Positions 49,200 through 63,225 of a stretch of 64,000 nucleotides of DNA are shown in pieces. How positions within the stretch are numbered: position 1 is the stretch's first letter; every line of letters starts with the position of its first letter. Origin of the DNA: Mobula hypostoma (lineage: Eukaryota); assembly GCF_963921235.1 (NCBI RefSeq), contig NC_086108.1:103232001-103296000 (forward strand), read 5' to 3'. Both the position numbers and the translations under genes were made by a program. The notes below the pieces were generated by a model. The model was not told the origin of the DNA. It saw nothing but the letters and a program-made list of their open reading frames with translations, and ran no database searches.

Positions 49200-50180
49200 G
49201 ATCAAAGTTCGAAGTAAATTTATTATTAAAGTACATATGTCACCATATACAACCCTGAGATTCATTTTCTTGTGGGCATACCCAATATACCTATAAAACA
49301 ATAACCATTACAGAATCAATGTAAGACTGCACCAAGCTGTTTAACCACAGTGCAGAAGACAACAAACTCGGTAAATAAAAAAATAGAAATAATAATAAAT
49401 AAATAAGCAATAAATATTGAGAGTATGAAACGAAGAGTCCTTGAAAGTGAGTCCATTGGTTGTGGGAACCTTTCAGTGATGGGGCAAGTGAAGCTGAATG
49501 AAGTTAGGCTCTTTAGTTCAAGAGCTTGATGGTGGAGGGGTAGTAACTGTCCCTAAACCTGGTGGAGTGAATCCTGCGGCTCCTGTACTTTCTTCCTGTA
49601 AAACCCTCCCAACCGTTGAGCATATCTACATGAGACATTGCCATAGAAAAGCAGCATCCGTCATTAAAGATCCTTACCACCCAGGCCGTGCTCTTTTCTC
49701 ACTGCTGTCAATAGGTAGAAGGTACAAGAGCCACAGGACTCACAACACCAGGTTCAAGAACAGTTACTACCCCTCACCCATCAGACTCTTGAACAAAAGG
49801 AGATAACTACACTCATTTAAGAACTTCTTAAACTTGTTATTTCATGCTTGTTATTTATTTATATCTGCATTTGTGCAGTTTGTTGTTCATTGATCCTGCT
49901 AACAGTTACTGTTCTGTAGATTTGCTAAGTATGCCTGCAAAAACAAGAATCTCTGGGTTGTATGTGGTGACATGTATGTACTCTGGTAATTAATTTTACT
50001 TCAACTTTGACTTCCTGATGGCAGCAGCGAGAAGAGAGCATATCCTGGGCTGTGAGGTCCCTGATGATGGATGCTGTTTTCCTGCAACAATGTTTCATGT
50101 AGATGTTGAGAGGGCTTTACCCTACTTTTTGTACGATTTTCCACTCAAGGGCATTGGCTGTGATGAAGCCAGTCAATATC
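49200..50180. mobile_element. Two nested Rex1/Babar 3' fragments in opposite orientation
   Basis: HNTRFKNSYYPSPIRLLN C-terminal motif on the plus strand, inside a minus-strand copy. (TTTGAAC)-type tails. This 3'-end family recurs many times in the window. Confidence 0.7.
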
Positions 50181-51314
50181 CACTACACACCTATAGAGTC
50201 GTACAGCCAAGTTGGTCCATGCTAGCCAACATTCCTATCTAAGCTAGTCACATTTGCTGGTTTTTGTGACATACCAGAGTGATTTTAAATGATCCAGATG
50301 ATGCTGAGTTTCTCAGCTACTCATTCAGGCAGGTGGAGGTTTCCAACGGTTCTGAAAAGAATCCACCACAAGACGCAAGTTTCCTCTTGATCCTAGTTTC
50401 CTAGACTGCTTTTCCAGCCCCAACAACTACACCCATCTGATAGTACTTCCCCTTGCAACATCTCTCATTTCCCTCTCTTTCCTTCCAACTGTCCAAGGAC
50501 CCAACAGGACATCCTGGTGAAGCAGTGAATCACTTCTTCTGATTCAACCGCATTTAGTGGTTACGTTGTTTAGAGCAACCAGATGCAGATTGAATCATCA
50601 CATTCTGAGATTCGAGTTTCAGACTGCAGGTGTGGCCCTGAGCTTGCTGTTGTCCATGACTTTAAATTCACCTCTGACCTTTCTGGCTCTGGTCTCCTGT
50701 ACTGTTACAACCAGGCCACATACAGGCTTCAACTCTGTCATGGACAGTCTTGTTCCCAGCTGTGAAAGGAGTAGGGTTGGGCATTGGTCTAGCAATTCCA
50801 TGCCGTAAAAAACCCAGAGCTATAGAGATGCCAACAGCAGCTCCAAAAAGACTCTTCCTTGAGAGAGGAAGAATTTTCGAAGATGCCTACAAATGGGGGA
50901 CAATAAGAAAGACTAACCCAGGATAGGGGACACTGGTGGGCTGCTGTCAGTGGCCCCAGTAGGGTGATAGGCTTGAGTAAGTACACACAGGTTTCAGGAA
51001 CAACGCGTCATCTTCTGTCTGAGTACACTGCAGTCTTCTCAGCAGGGAATAGAAGCTTATGTAAGTTTAGATAACTCACTGTTATCAGAATGGTAACTTC
51101 TGCGGCTTATCTATCTGTGCAAGTTCAGTTTCTCTCTCTCCATTAGTAGAGCTTGGTAAAGGAGCATCAAACAAGATACTGGAGGAATTCAGTCGGCCGG
51201 ACTCCATCCAAGGAGAGGGATGGGTAGTTGACATTCTGGGTTGAGATCCTTCATCTGGACTGGAAAGATAGAGGGGTGATAGCCGGCATAAAAAGGTGGC
51301 AGGCAAGGAGCTAG

Positions 51315-51730
51315 AGCCTGGAGTTCTGGGTCAGTACTGAAGAATGAGACCCAAAAAGGTGCTGGCACTGGAGAGGGTTCAGAGGAGGTTCACAAAGATG
51401 ATTCCGGGAATGAAATGGTTATCATATGAGGAACATTTAAAAGCCCTGGGTATATACTTGCTGGAATTTAGAAGGACGAGGGAGGATTTTATTGAAACTT
51501 TTGAATGTTGAAAGGCCTAAACAGAGTAAATATGGAAAGGATGTTTCCCATGGTGGGGGAGTCTAGGACAAGAGGGCACAGCCTCCGGACAGAGAAACGC
51601 CCTTTCAAAACAGAGATGCAGATAAATTTCTTTAGCCAGTGGGTGATGAATTTGTGGAATTTATTACCGCAGGCTGCTGTGGAGCTGAGGTCATTGTGTG
51701 TATTTAAGGCAGAGCTTGATTGTTTCTGGT
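51315..51730 (+). mobile_element. CR1 3' fragment
   Basis: LERVQRRFTKMIPG and GESRTRGHSL motifs. Confidence 0.8.
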
Positions 51731-53199
51731 GAGCATTGTGCGCGTGCAGTCTTGGCACCAGAAAGTGTGGTGGCCCTTGCGAGCTGCCTGCAGTGCATCC
51801 TTAAATGTGTTGGTTGTTAATGAAATCGAAGCATTTCACTGTGTTTTTCAATGTCCGTGTGAGTAACAGCAATATTTCTGGTTAAGATGCTACTACAGAA
51901 CACATGCGACAGCTCACTGGTAGTTTAAAAAGTTAAGAAATTTGACAAAAAACATAACGAAGAATCCCTTTTCTGTGGTAAATTGTGCTAAATTATCACC
52001 ACAAACAGTGAAAGTGCGAGAGATGGCGAGGCGAGTTCAGGAAACGAGATGGTGTGTTGCAGAATCATTGCAGATGGAGTTCCGATGCCCGTACAACTGG
52101 CCCAGGTGTGGATCGCTCTGGGCACCAAATTGATTTGGCGAGCTTGAGAGAGGCTTTGGACTGGGCCCAGAGTGAGCCGCCAGGTGGTGTCGCCTAGACC
52201 CTGACTTCTTCGCAGTAGCTGGGTCCTGGTGCGAGGTACAATCCACTGTTTAGACAATTTAAACATCGACCCAGATCGGAGGCGAGAGCTGATTTCACTC
52301 GTTCCCTGCAATGTTCCCTCCTCTCTCCAGAGCACCGGAGCCTTTCGCTGTTCTGTTGTTCAGTCAATTTAAACACCAGCCCTGAAGGACTGGAAAGTCA
52401 GGGTATTGGGATCTGAGGCATGAGCTGATTTCTCTTGTTTTGCACGATGATCACTCATCTCTCCATGGCACTGAGGCTATGAAGACTGCCCTGGCTGCTG
52501 TGCTCCGTGCCCGCTAATATGGTGGAATGATACCGAGGCTTTGGGCCTGCTCTGGGCTGCTCCGGGGATGGGATCTGAAGAATCATTTTGGTTCGAAATG
52601 TTGTAGTTTGCATGATTTGTGTTTTTTTTTCCTCTTGCGCATCGAGTGTTGGTCTTTTTTTTTCTTTTATTTAATCGGGTTCTTTTGGGTTTCTTGCTTT
52701 GAGGCTACCTGTGAGCAAACAAATCTCAAGGTTGTATAAGTTATACATTCTTTGATTTAAAAAAAAAGTACTTTGAATCTTTGAATTAACATATCTGAAT
52801 CTGAATCCCTGAAAAACATTGTTAGGTGGATCCTAGTGAGAAGGGGGTGGTCGACGAAGGAGCTTTGATTCTATGTGAGGTTCTAACTTTAAGTTCCTCG
52901 GGGTCAATATCACAAATGACCTGACTTGGTCCAACCAAGCAGAGTCCACTGCCAAGAAGGCCCAACAGCGCCTTTACTTCCTGAGAAAACTAAAGAAATT
53001 TGGCCTGTCCCCTAAAACCCTCATTAATTTTTATAGATGCACCGTAGAAAGCATTCTTCTAGGGTGCATCACATCCTGGTATGTCTCCACAGATGCTGAC
53101 TGACCTTTTCTGTTTTAACTTATGTAGAGGTGGTTTTCCAAGGCAGTTCTAGTGTTGGTGGTGGTAACTCAGCAATATCTTCTGATTCCTTCCGTGCAG

Positions 53200-53386
53200 A
53201 GTATGCTCACTGGGTTGATGTATCACAGGCCTGACGACCCTGTTGACTTCCTGCAAGGTTGCTTGAAGAGGGTGAAGGAGCTCGGTGGACCAGACAAAGT
53301 ACGATGGGACACCTTTGTCGCTCAGGAGAAGAGGGCCTTGCCCCCTCTCAATGGCTGCCAGAACCGGAGATTGCTTTTCAGGAATG
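53200..53386 (+). CDS. AK5: AK5 exon 2: SMLTGLMYHRPDDPVDFLQGCLKRVKELGGPDKVRWDTFVAQEKRALPPLNGCQNRRLLFRN
   Basis: tccgtgcag acceptor, 187 nt, G|GTAAAT donor. Recognisable AK5 N-terminal domain. Confidence 0.95.
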
Positions 53387-55649
53387 GTAAATGATTTGAC
53401 CGTAAGACGTAGGAACAGAATTAGGCCACTTAGCCCATTTGGTCATGGCTGATTTATTATCCCTCTTAGCTCCATTCTTCATTCAGTTTAAAACTTCCTC
53501 TCATTGCATGCAACCACTGAAAATTCACCAGATTCAGTGAATTCAAGTTCATTGTCATTCAACTGAATACATTTATACCACCAAACGAATCAACTTTCCT
53601 CTGGACCAAGGAGCACAACATAGTACACGTAACTCGCACACAACACAGAAAGTAAGTAATATTACCACAAATAAATTAACAAATAATAAAATATTCCGGA
53701 AAATTTACAACATGCGTTTAAAAAATAAACAGTATACCGCTGGTCCCACTTCATGTGTGGTGAGGCCAAGTTCAGTAGTCTTGTGGCCTTGGAAAAGAAG
53801 CTCTTTCACATCTTAACAGTCCTGCCCTCGTGCTACATACCTTCTGCCTGATAGTAGGGGGCTCAAGAGAGGAAGAAGTGAGTAACTGTCCAATGTCTGA
53901 TGTAGAAATTGAGGCTTGTTGCCCACTTGGTCAACAAGTCACACTCTAATAGGCCAACTCTGCTACAGTTGGCATTTGAGTGCAGTACTGTGAGAGGGCT
54001 ATTCTGTCTGAGGATCTTTTTTCCCATGAGATATTAAAACATATTACCCCAACTTCTGCTCTAGTGAATTGCAATCCTTTCTGTCCAGATGAAGGGTCTC
54101 GACCTGAAATATCTTTCCACAGATACTGCCTGACCCACTGAGCTCTTCCAGCAGCTAGGTTATAGCTCCAGATTCCAGCACCTGTGGTCTCTGGTGTCTC
54201 CCATTCATCTCTCCTGGACTTGGGGAATGCTCATAGAACTGGAATATTGTGTTCAATTCTTGTCACCTCATCATAGAAAGGACGTTGAAGCTTTAGAGAC
54301 AGCGCAGAGGAGATTTACCAGGGTGCTTCTTCAATTGGACAGTGTCTTATAGGTTGAGAGAACTAGAGTGTATCTCTCCAGTGAGAAGGAGGATGAGAGG
54401 TTACTTGATGGAGGTGTACAAGATGATAAAAGGCATAGATAGAATGGACCGCCAGAGACTATTCCCAGGGTGGAACTGGCTAATACCGGGAGACATAATT
54501 TTAAGATAATTGGAGGAAAGTATAGAAGGTATGACAGAGGTGGGTTTTTGACACAGAGTGGTGGGTGTGTGGGGTACTGATACAGCTAAATACATTTATG
54601 GACATTTCAGAAACTCTTGGATAAGCAGATGGATGATAGAAAAATGGAGGGCTATGTAGGTGGAAAGGGCTAATTGATTTTAGAGTGGGTTAAAAGGTTG
54701 GCACAAAAATGTAGCAGAAGGGCTTGTACTGTGCTGTAGTCCTCCATGTGAGCCTCGGTTCTGTACAATACGTTGGGTTTCAAACTGTCATTCCATCCAG
54801 CCCCAGCCCAAGCTATTATAAGATGCCTATGACCAAGCCCCACTGATGCTTCACAGTGGCTGCATTATCATATTTGCAACTTCAGCATAAAAAGTCATAA
54901 AATATGAATAACAGAAAGTGTTTGCTGAATGTGATATTATTCTGGTTCCACTGAGAAAGTGAACACTACCCACCCTGCAAACTGCCTTTTCCAAAAGCTC
55001 CCTTCTAGAAAGTGCTACAGGGCTATTAAATCAAAATCATCATGTCATCTTAAAAGTTTCTTCCCCCAGTTAATCTGATCAACCATTCTAGCTACCCACT
55101 CACCCCCTCTATCTATTACCACTCTCATTGCATTCCACTGCAGTGCAAACACTTAAATCCAGCTTTTATAATGCTGCTTATTTTGTAAATATATGCTGGT
55201 ATTTATGTATTTATGCAGATTTTATTCCTTATCTGCCATTTAACCTCTAACTTCATTTTTATATCATTCTTTATTTTTAATAATTGTTGAATATTGATTT
55301 TGTTGCTTGTCTCACCCTGACAACACACCACAGTTACTGTCTAATACATGCCTAGTACATGCCAAATAAAGTTGATTCCTAGATCCCCCTGAAAGGAAAA
55401 GAAAGAAAAGGTCAGAGTTGAAAGAGTTGTAAAATGTCAAGCACTCTAGCAAAGCATCTGGCCATCTGTAATACGCAGAGTGTTCCTGCTCACAAGTTGC
55501 ATTGCGGCCTGCTATGGCAACACCAGTGGCCAGGAAGGTAAAAAGCAACAGGAAGTGGCGAATACACCTCCGTCCACCACAACAAGGTATGCCTCACGTT
55601 GAGTACATTTACATGGAGCGCTGCCTTAAGAAAGCAGCATCCATCACAA

Positions 55650-58600
55650 GACCATAAGATACAGGAGCAGAATTAGGTCATTAGGCCCATCGAGTCCGCT
55701 CTGCCATTTCGTCATGACTGATCCAATTTTCCTGTCAGCCCCAGTCTTCTGCCTTCTCCCTCGATCCCTTCATGCCTGACCAATCAATAATCTATCAACC
55801 TCTGCCTTAAATATACATAAAGTGTTGGCCTTCACAGCTGCCTGTGGCAAAGAATTCCACAGATTCACCACTCTTTGGTTAAAGAAATTCCTCCTCATCT
55901 CTGCTCTAAAAGGAATCCCCTCTATTTTAAGGCTGTGTCCCCTGGTCTTAGACACTCCCACCATCCTCTCCACATCTACTCTATCAAGGCCTTTTACCGT
56001 TCAATAGATTTCAATGAGGTCACCCTTCATTCTTCTAAATTCGAGTGAATACAGGCCCAAAGCCATCAAACGCTGTTCATATGACAAGCCATTTAATCCT
56101 GGAAACATTTTTGTGAACCTCCTTTGAACTCTCTTCAGTTTCAGCATATCCTTTCTAAAATAAGGGACCCAAAACTGCTCACAATACCCCAAGTGAGGCC
56201 TTATCTGTGCTTTATAAGGTCTCAACATTACATCCTTGCTTTTATATTCTAGTCCACTTGAGTTGAATGTTAACATTGCATTATTCTTTCTCACCACAGA
56301 CTTAATCTGCAAATAAACCTTTGGGAAATCCTGCACAAAGACTCCCAAATCCCTTTGCACCTCATAATGTTGTTTTTTTCTCTCCATTTAGAAAATAGTC
56401 AACCCTTTCATTTCTTCTATCATGCACTTCCCGACACTATTCCATCTGCCATATCTTTACCCATTCTCCCAATCTGTCTAAGTCCTTCTGGAGTCTCCCT
56501 ATTTCCTCAAACAACCTGCTCCTCCATCTATCTTATCTTCTGCAAACTTAGCAACAAAGCTATCAATCCCATCATCCAAATCATTAACATATAATGTAAA
56601 ATGAATTGGTCCCAACACGGACCCTTGTGGAATACCACTAGTTACCAGCAGCCAGTCAGAAAAGGCTCCCTTTATTCCCACTCTTTGCCTCCTGCCAATC
56701 AGCCACCGTTTTATCCATGCTGGAATCTTTCCTTTAAGACCATGGGCTTGTAGCTTGTTAAGTAATCTTATGTGTGGCACCTTGTTAAAAACCTTCTGAA
56801 AATCCAAGTACACAACATCAACTGATTCTCCGTTGTCTGTGTTGCTTGCTATTTCTTCAAAGAATTTCATCAGATTTGTCAGATAAGGTTCTCCAACAAT
56901 CAAATCCAAAATATTCCCAACCACTGAGGATAGACTGACTGGCTCACTCCTTTCTTGAAGAGTGGAGTGACATTTTTAATTTTCCAGTTTTCCAGAACCA
57001 TTCCAGAATCTAGTGATACTTGAAAAATTATTCCTAATGCCTCCACAATCTCTTCAGCCAACTCTTTCAGAACCCTGGGGTGCACGTTATCTGGTCCAAA
57101 TGACTTAACAAACTTCAGACCTTTCAGTTTCTCTAGTAATGGTAACTTCACACTTGGCTCTATTCTGTGCTCTCTCTTTGGCTTTTATGTTGGCTTTGAT
57201 TTGCCTTGTTAGCCATGGTTGTGTCATCTTGCCTTTAGAATACTTCCTCCTCTTTGGGATGTATACATCCTGTGCCTTTTGAATTGCTTCCAGAAATTTC
57301 AGCCATTGCTTCTCTGCTGTCATTCCTGCCAGTGTTCTTTTCCAATCAATTCTGGCCAGCTCCTTTCTCATACCTCTGTAATTCCCTTTATTCCACTGTA
57401 GTACTGATTGATCTGACTTTAGCTTATCCTTCTCATATTTATGGGTGAATTCGATCTTATTATGATCACTTGTTCCTAAGTGTTCTTTTACCTTAAGCTC
57501 TCTAATCAATTCTGGTTCATTGCACAACACTGAATCCAGAATAGCTGATCCCTTTGTGGGCTCAACCATGAGCTGCTCTAAAAAGCCATCTGGTAGGCAC
57601 TCTAGAAATTCCCCCTCCTGGAATCCTGCACAAACCTGATTTTTCCAATCGACTGCATATTGAAGTCCCCCATGACTATTGTAGCATTGACCTTTTGGCA
57701 TGCATTTTCTATCTCCCACTGTAACTTGTAGATCACATCTTTACTACTGTTTTGGGGTCAGTACACAACTCATGTCAGGGTCTTTTTACCCTTGCAGTTT
57801 CTTAGCTCTATCCAGATCAATTTAACATTTTTGGACCCTATCTCACCTATCTCTAATGAAATAATTTCATTTCTTACCAGGAGAGCCACACCAACCTCTC
57901 TGCCTTCCTGCTTGTCCTTTCAATACAATGTGTATCTTTGGACATTAATCTCCCAGTTATAATCTTCTTTCAGTCATGATTGTAGGCTACAACATCATAC
58001 TTGCCAATTTGTAACTGTGCTACAAGTTCATCGACTTTATTCCGTATACTGCACGAATTCAAATATAACACCTTTTGTCCTGTATTCACCCTTTTTATGT
58101 TGCAACCTATCCTGTTGACAGCTATTTTGCCCTGTCATCAGCCTCTCCCTGCTAGGAGTCTCGCTCCACATTGCCTCTGTTTGTAACCCAACTACCTCAT
58201 CTTCAGCACTATCACTCCAGTTCCCACCCCCTGTCAAATTAACTTAAACCCTCCTGAACAATTCTAGCCAACCTGCCCTCAAGGACATTGGACCCCTCAG
58301 GTTCAGATGTAACCCGACCCTTTTAGTACAGGTCATGCCTTCCCCAGAAGAGATCCCAGTGATCCATAACTCTGAACCCCCGCTCCTGCACCAGTTCCTC
58401 AGCCACGCATTCACCTGCCAAATCATCCTATTCCTACCCTCACTGGCATGTGACACAGGCAGCAATCCAGAGATTACTACCTTGGAGGTCACGTTTCTCA
58501 GCTTTCTACCTAGCTCCCTAAAATCTCTCTTCAGGACCTCCTCACCTTGTCTGCCTATGTCATTGGTGCCAATATGTACCAAGGCTTCTGGCTGCTCACC

Positions 58601-58890
58601 CTCACCCTGGAGAATGCCATGGACACGATCTGGGACCTCCCTGATCCTGGCACCAGGGAGGCAACATACTATCCAGGTGACTCTCTACAGAACCTCATTT
58701 CTGTTCCTCTGGCTAAGGAATCTCCAATCAACACTGCAGTCCTCTTCACCCCTTTGCCTTTCTGAGCCACAGTGCCAGACTCAGTGCCAGAGACCCAGTC
58801 ACTGTGGCTCCTCCCCTCTCCACCCCACCCCTCGCAAGTAGGTCGTGCCTCTCAGTAGTATTTAAAGTTATATACTTATTATTGAGAGGT
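55650..58890 (-). mobile_element. Near full-length degenerate CR1 including ORF1 esterase (SGNH) region
   Basis: ORF1 VHIGTNDIG...VVISGLLPV. ORF2 endonuclease and RT motifs (YLDFQKVF.KVPH, SGIPQGSVLGP) and a TCTTATGG tail. Confidence 0.92.
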
Positions 58891-58907
58891 GTACTCTGCA
58901 CTGTATG

Positions 58908-59218
58908 GGCACATGGCCAAGTGGTTGAGGCATTGGACTAGCTACCTGAAGGTCATGAGTTCGAGCCCCAGCCGAGGGAACATGTTGTGTCCTTGAGCAA
59001 GGCACTTAATCACACATTGCTGTGCGATGACACTGGTGCCAAGCTGTATGGGTCCTAATGCCCTTCCCTTGGACAACATTGGTGTCGTGGAGAGGGGAGA
59101 CTTGCAGCATGGGCAACTGCTGGTCTTCCATACAAACTTGCCCAGGCCTGCGCCCTGGAGAGTGAAGACTTTCCAGGCACAGATCCATGGTCTCACAAGA
59201 CAAACGGATGCCTTTAAA
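58908..59218 (+). mobile_element. tRNA-derived SINE with a CORE-like central domain, inserted at the CR1 5' region
   Basis: A box TGGCCAAGTGG, B box GTTCGAGCC, then GTGTCCTTGAGCAAGGCACTTAA. Confidence 0.75.
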
Positions 59219-59319
59219 AACTGTGCACTGGCTGTGCATTTCCCTTCCTTCTCCTGACAGTCACCCAGTTACCTGTCTGCTGTAAGCTGGGGGGATTTAC
59301 CTCTCTGTTGCTCCTGTCT

Positions 59320-59730
59320 GACATCAAAGACCTGCACAATCCAGGTCATGCCTTCTTCTCGTTACTATCATCAGGAAGGAGGTAAAGGAGCCTTAGGTCC
59401 CACACCACCAGGTTCAGGAACAGTTATTACCCTTCAACCATAAGGCTCCTGAACTGCTGTGGATAACTTCACTCACCTCAATGCTAACTGACTCCACAGC
59501 TGAAAACTCACTTTCAAGGACTCTTTACAACTTATATTCTCAGTATTTTTTTTATTTACACAGTTTGTCTTCTTTTGCACATTGGTTTTTTGACAGTCTT
59601 TGTTTACGTGCAGCTTTTCATAAACTTTATAGCAGTTAATTTTTTTCCTGTAAATGTCTCCAAGTAAATATACCTCAGGGTAGTATTTAGTAACAGATAT
59701 GTACTTTGATAACAAATTTACTTTGAACTT
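59320..59730 (+). mobile_element. Rex1/Babar 3' fragment abutting the AK5 exon 3 acceptor
   Basis: HTTRFRNSYYPSTIRLLN motif, 3' UTR and ...AAATTTACTTTGAACTT tail. Confidence 0.8.
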
Positions 59731-59749
59731 TTCTTCCATTTGCCCATAG

Positions 59750-59917
59750 TTCTGCCTGAGAGTCCCAATTTTGCATATCAGCGTTACGATCGCTTGCCAC
59801 CAATTCACCAGTTGTCTATCGAGAGCGACACAGACCTGTCTGAAACTGCTGAACTTATTGAGGAGTACATAGTGTTCGACCCCAGCAAAGCTCGCCCATG
59901 GATTATCCTGCTCATAG
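59750..59917 (+). CDS. AK5: AK5 exon 3: (V)LPESPNFAYQRYDRLPPIHQLSIESDTDLSETAELIEEYIVFDPSKARPWIILLI(G)
   Basis: cccatag acceptor, 168 nt, G|GTAAC donor. Contains the AK5-specific RYDRLPPIHQxSIESDTDLSETAELIEEY motif. Confidence 0.96.
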
Positions 59918-61401
59918 GTAACGTTGCTGCCCTACCCTTTCCTGGGCCTGAGAGACGAGGATAGATGAGGGAGTTGGGAGACTGAGGGGAAAACGGTGGA
60001 AACAGACAAAACGAAGAGGGGTCTCAAATGAGCGGTAATTCACAGGCTGTTGCCATTGGGGGAGGAGGTTCAGGACAAGAGATCAGAGGTGCAAAACTAA
60101 TCAGAATCAGATTCAGATTAACGTCAGCAATACAGTGGAAAGACGTAAAGTCCGTAAAATTGCAAAAATAAATAAATTGTGCAATTAAAAGGGGTAACGA
60201 GGTAGTGATCGTGGACTGTTCAGAGCTAGCGATGGAGCCAGGGTTCTGGAGTGAGGAATGACCTAATTTTTGGATGAATTAAACATCGGGCCAGATTGAA
60301 AAGGCAAGGTGTTGGGACCAGAGAGAAGGGATGGGCTGGTTCTGCTCGTTGCTCTGCGACGTTTACTCGGCTCTGCACTAAACTGAGGCTGGGGCTGTGG
60401 CCTGCTCCATGCTTCATGTCTAAGGACTCACTTTCATTCTGAATGTTGTCTGTTTACTACTATTGTTTGCATGATGTTTTATTTCTCTGCACATTGGGTG
60501 TTAATGGGTTCTTTGTGGCTTCCTGTTAGGAGACGAAACTCAAGGTTGTATAAATTATACCTGTTTTGATTATAAATGTACTTTGAACTTTCATTCTGAA
60601 GCTGTCTGTAGGGACTTTGTACTTTCTCCCCATGACTGCGTTGGTTTCCTCCAAGTGCTCCTGTTGAACTTAGAAGTCTGATGGTGTAGAGGAGGGAACT
60701 GTTCCTGAATCGCTGAGTGTACAAGGCTCTTCAGGCTCCTGTACATCCTCCTCGATGGTATTAATGAGAAGAATGCACGTCCTGGATGGTGAGGGTGTTT
60801 AATGATGGTTGCCAGCTTTTGAAGAAGCTCTCAATAGTTGGGAAGTTTGTGTCCATGATAGAGCTGGCCGAGAAACTCCTTGAGATCCTGTTCGTTGGAG
60901 CCTCCATACCGGATGATGATGATGATGCAACCAGTTAGAATGTCCTTTATGGTACATCTGTAGAAATCTGCGAATGACTTTGGTGACCTAGAAAATCCCC
61001 TCAAACTCCTGATGTAGTATTGCCAGGGCCCTATCTGTCTAATCTTATGAAAGATGGCATGACGTTATTTTGAAGAGTACTTGCATTCACAAAAATAAAA
61101 GGACTCTGGGAATCTGGAACTCGGAAATCCAAACAGAAAACATGACTTTGCAATGTCTAAGAGGTAAGCACAGGAGCACGTGGACAGGCAGGGAATGAAG
61201 GGATGTGGACCACGTGTAGGCAGCTGGGATTAGCTTACACTGGTATTCTGCGCGACACTGACATTACGAGCAAAAAAGGGTCTGATCCTGTGCTGTGCTG
61301 AGGACATGGAATTCCCCTAAACAGGAGAAAGGCTGCAGATGATGGGAATCCAAAGTAAACTAAATGCTGGAGGAAATCACAGGTCAGGCGCATCTGTGGA
61401 A

Positions 61402-61770
61402 ATAGACAATAGACGGTAGGTGCAGGAGTAGGCCATTTGGCCCTTCGAGCCAGCACCGCCATTCACTGATCATGGCTGATCATCCACAATCAGTACCCTG
61501 TTCCTGCCTTCTCCCCATATCCCTTGACTCCACTATCTTTAAGAGCTCTACCTAACTCTTTCTTGAAAGAATCCAGAGAATTGGCCTCCATTGCCTTCTG
61601 AGGCAGAGCATTCCACAGAACCACAACCCTCTGTGTGAAAAAGTTTTTCCTCAACTCCGTTCTAAATGGTCTACCCCTTATTCTTAAACTGTGGCCTCCG
61701 GTTCTGGACTCCCCCAACATCAGGAACATGTTTCCTGCCTCTAGCGTGTCCAATCCCTTAATAATAATAA
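61402..61770 (-). mobile_element. CR1 3' fragment (distinct, well-preserved subfamily) inserted in a Penelope terminus
   Basis: IIKGLDTLEAGNMFLMLGESRTGGHSLRI...GYGEKAGTGY, followed by a (CTATTGT)-type tail. Confidence 0.8.
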
Positions 61771-61784
61771 ACAAATGAAATGAA

Positions 61785-62435
61785 TAAATAGTTTACATTT
61801 TGGGCCGAGACCCTTCTTCAGGACTGAAATGGAAGGGGGAAGATGCCAGAATAAAAAGGTGGGGAGAGGGGAAAGAGGCTAGCTGGAAGGTGATAGGTGA
61901 AACCAGGTGGTTGGGAAAGGTCAAGGGCTGGAGAAGATGGCGAGGAGAGAGGACCATGGGGAAAGGGAAGGAGGAGGAGAGGACCCAGCAGGATGTGATA
62001 GGCAGGTGAGAAGAAGTAAATGGTCAGAATGGGGAGTAGAAGAAGAGGGAATAGGAAGGGGATTTTTTTTTACTGGAAGGAGAAATAGATATTCATGCTA
62101 CCAGGTTACCTTGATGGAATATAAGGTGTTGCTCCTCCACCCTGAGGGTGGCCTCATCTTGGCACAGGAAGAGGGCACGGACTGACATGTCAGAATGGGA
62201 ATAGGAATCAGAATTAAAATGTCTGGCTACCAGGTAGTTCTGCTTTTGGTGGATGGAGCCGAGATGCCGGATGAAGCAGACTCCAATTTAGGACAGGTTG
62301 CACCAATGTAGAGGAGGCCGCATCAGGAGTACTGGACACAATAGACGACCCCGGCAGATTCACAGGTGAAGGACTGTTCGGGGCCTTGCATGGAGGTGAG
62401 GGAGGAGGTATGTGGACAGGTGTAGCACTTGGGCT
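61785..62435 (-). mobile_element. Penelope-like element 3' part with GIY-YIG endonuclease remnant
   Basis: Reverse strand FTCESAGVVYCV...CGLLYIG and later EEQH..F..G.L...MNI.FS, followed by a pyrimidine-rich UTR and the hammerhead-like terminus. Confidence 0.8.
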
Positions 62436-62749
62436 GCTCCCGGAACTCTCCCTGTTGTCTTGAGCAGTGATTATCCCTTATTCAGCAATACTAAGGCGGA
62501 TCACCTGATCATTACCAGCTTGCAGGTTGTATCAACTTTAAACAACCTGGATTCCTCTAGTGACCCCATACCAAAGTCCAACTTTGTAATGAAATCCAGT
62601 CGGCACAACCTACAGCAGCCCAGAACTCCTGGCTTCAAGCCATCGGACAGCCTCCACTCCGAGTAGCCAGATTACGGGCGCACGCCACCACGTCTGTAGG
62701 GTAGTGTAGTGGTTAACGTAACCCTATTACAACACCAGCTGCACAGCTG

Positions 62750-63225
62750 GACATAGAAGTTTTAGAGAGGATGCAGAGGAGGTTTACCAGGATGCACTCT
62801 GGATTAGAGAGCGTGCCTTATGAGAAAAGTCTCAGTGAGCTTGGGTGAACGAGGAGGAGAAACGGCTTGATAGAGGTGTACAAGCTGATAAGAGGCATAG
62901 GTAGAGTGGACAGCTAGAGACTTTTTCCCAAGGTGGAAATGGTTAATTAAAGGAGGCATAACTTTAGGGTGATTGGGTGGAAGTATAGTGGGGATGTCAG
63001 AGCTAAGTTCTTTACACAGAGTGGTGAGTGCATGGAATGCTCTGCCTGGGGAGATGGTAGAGGCAGACACATTTTGGGTATTTAAGAAACTCTAGGTAGG
63101 CACATGGATGATAGCAAAATGGAGGGCTATGTGGGAGGGAAGAGTTAGGTTGATTTTAGAGTAGGTTAAAAGTTTGACACAACATTGTGGGCCAAGGGGT
63201 TTGTACTGAGCTGTACTGTACTATG
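62750..63225 (+). mobile_element. CR1 3' fragment
   Basis: LERMQRRFTRM and IEVYKLIRGI motifs, with a CTATGTT tail. Confidence 0.8.

Noticed and set aside
58908..58980. tRNA gene
   Set aside because: A and B boxes run straight into a SINE body and tail. The other tRNA-like heads (2598, 9527, 15123, 29555, 62695) are likewise SINE parts.
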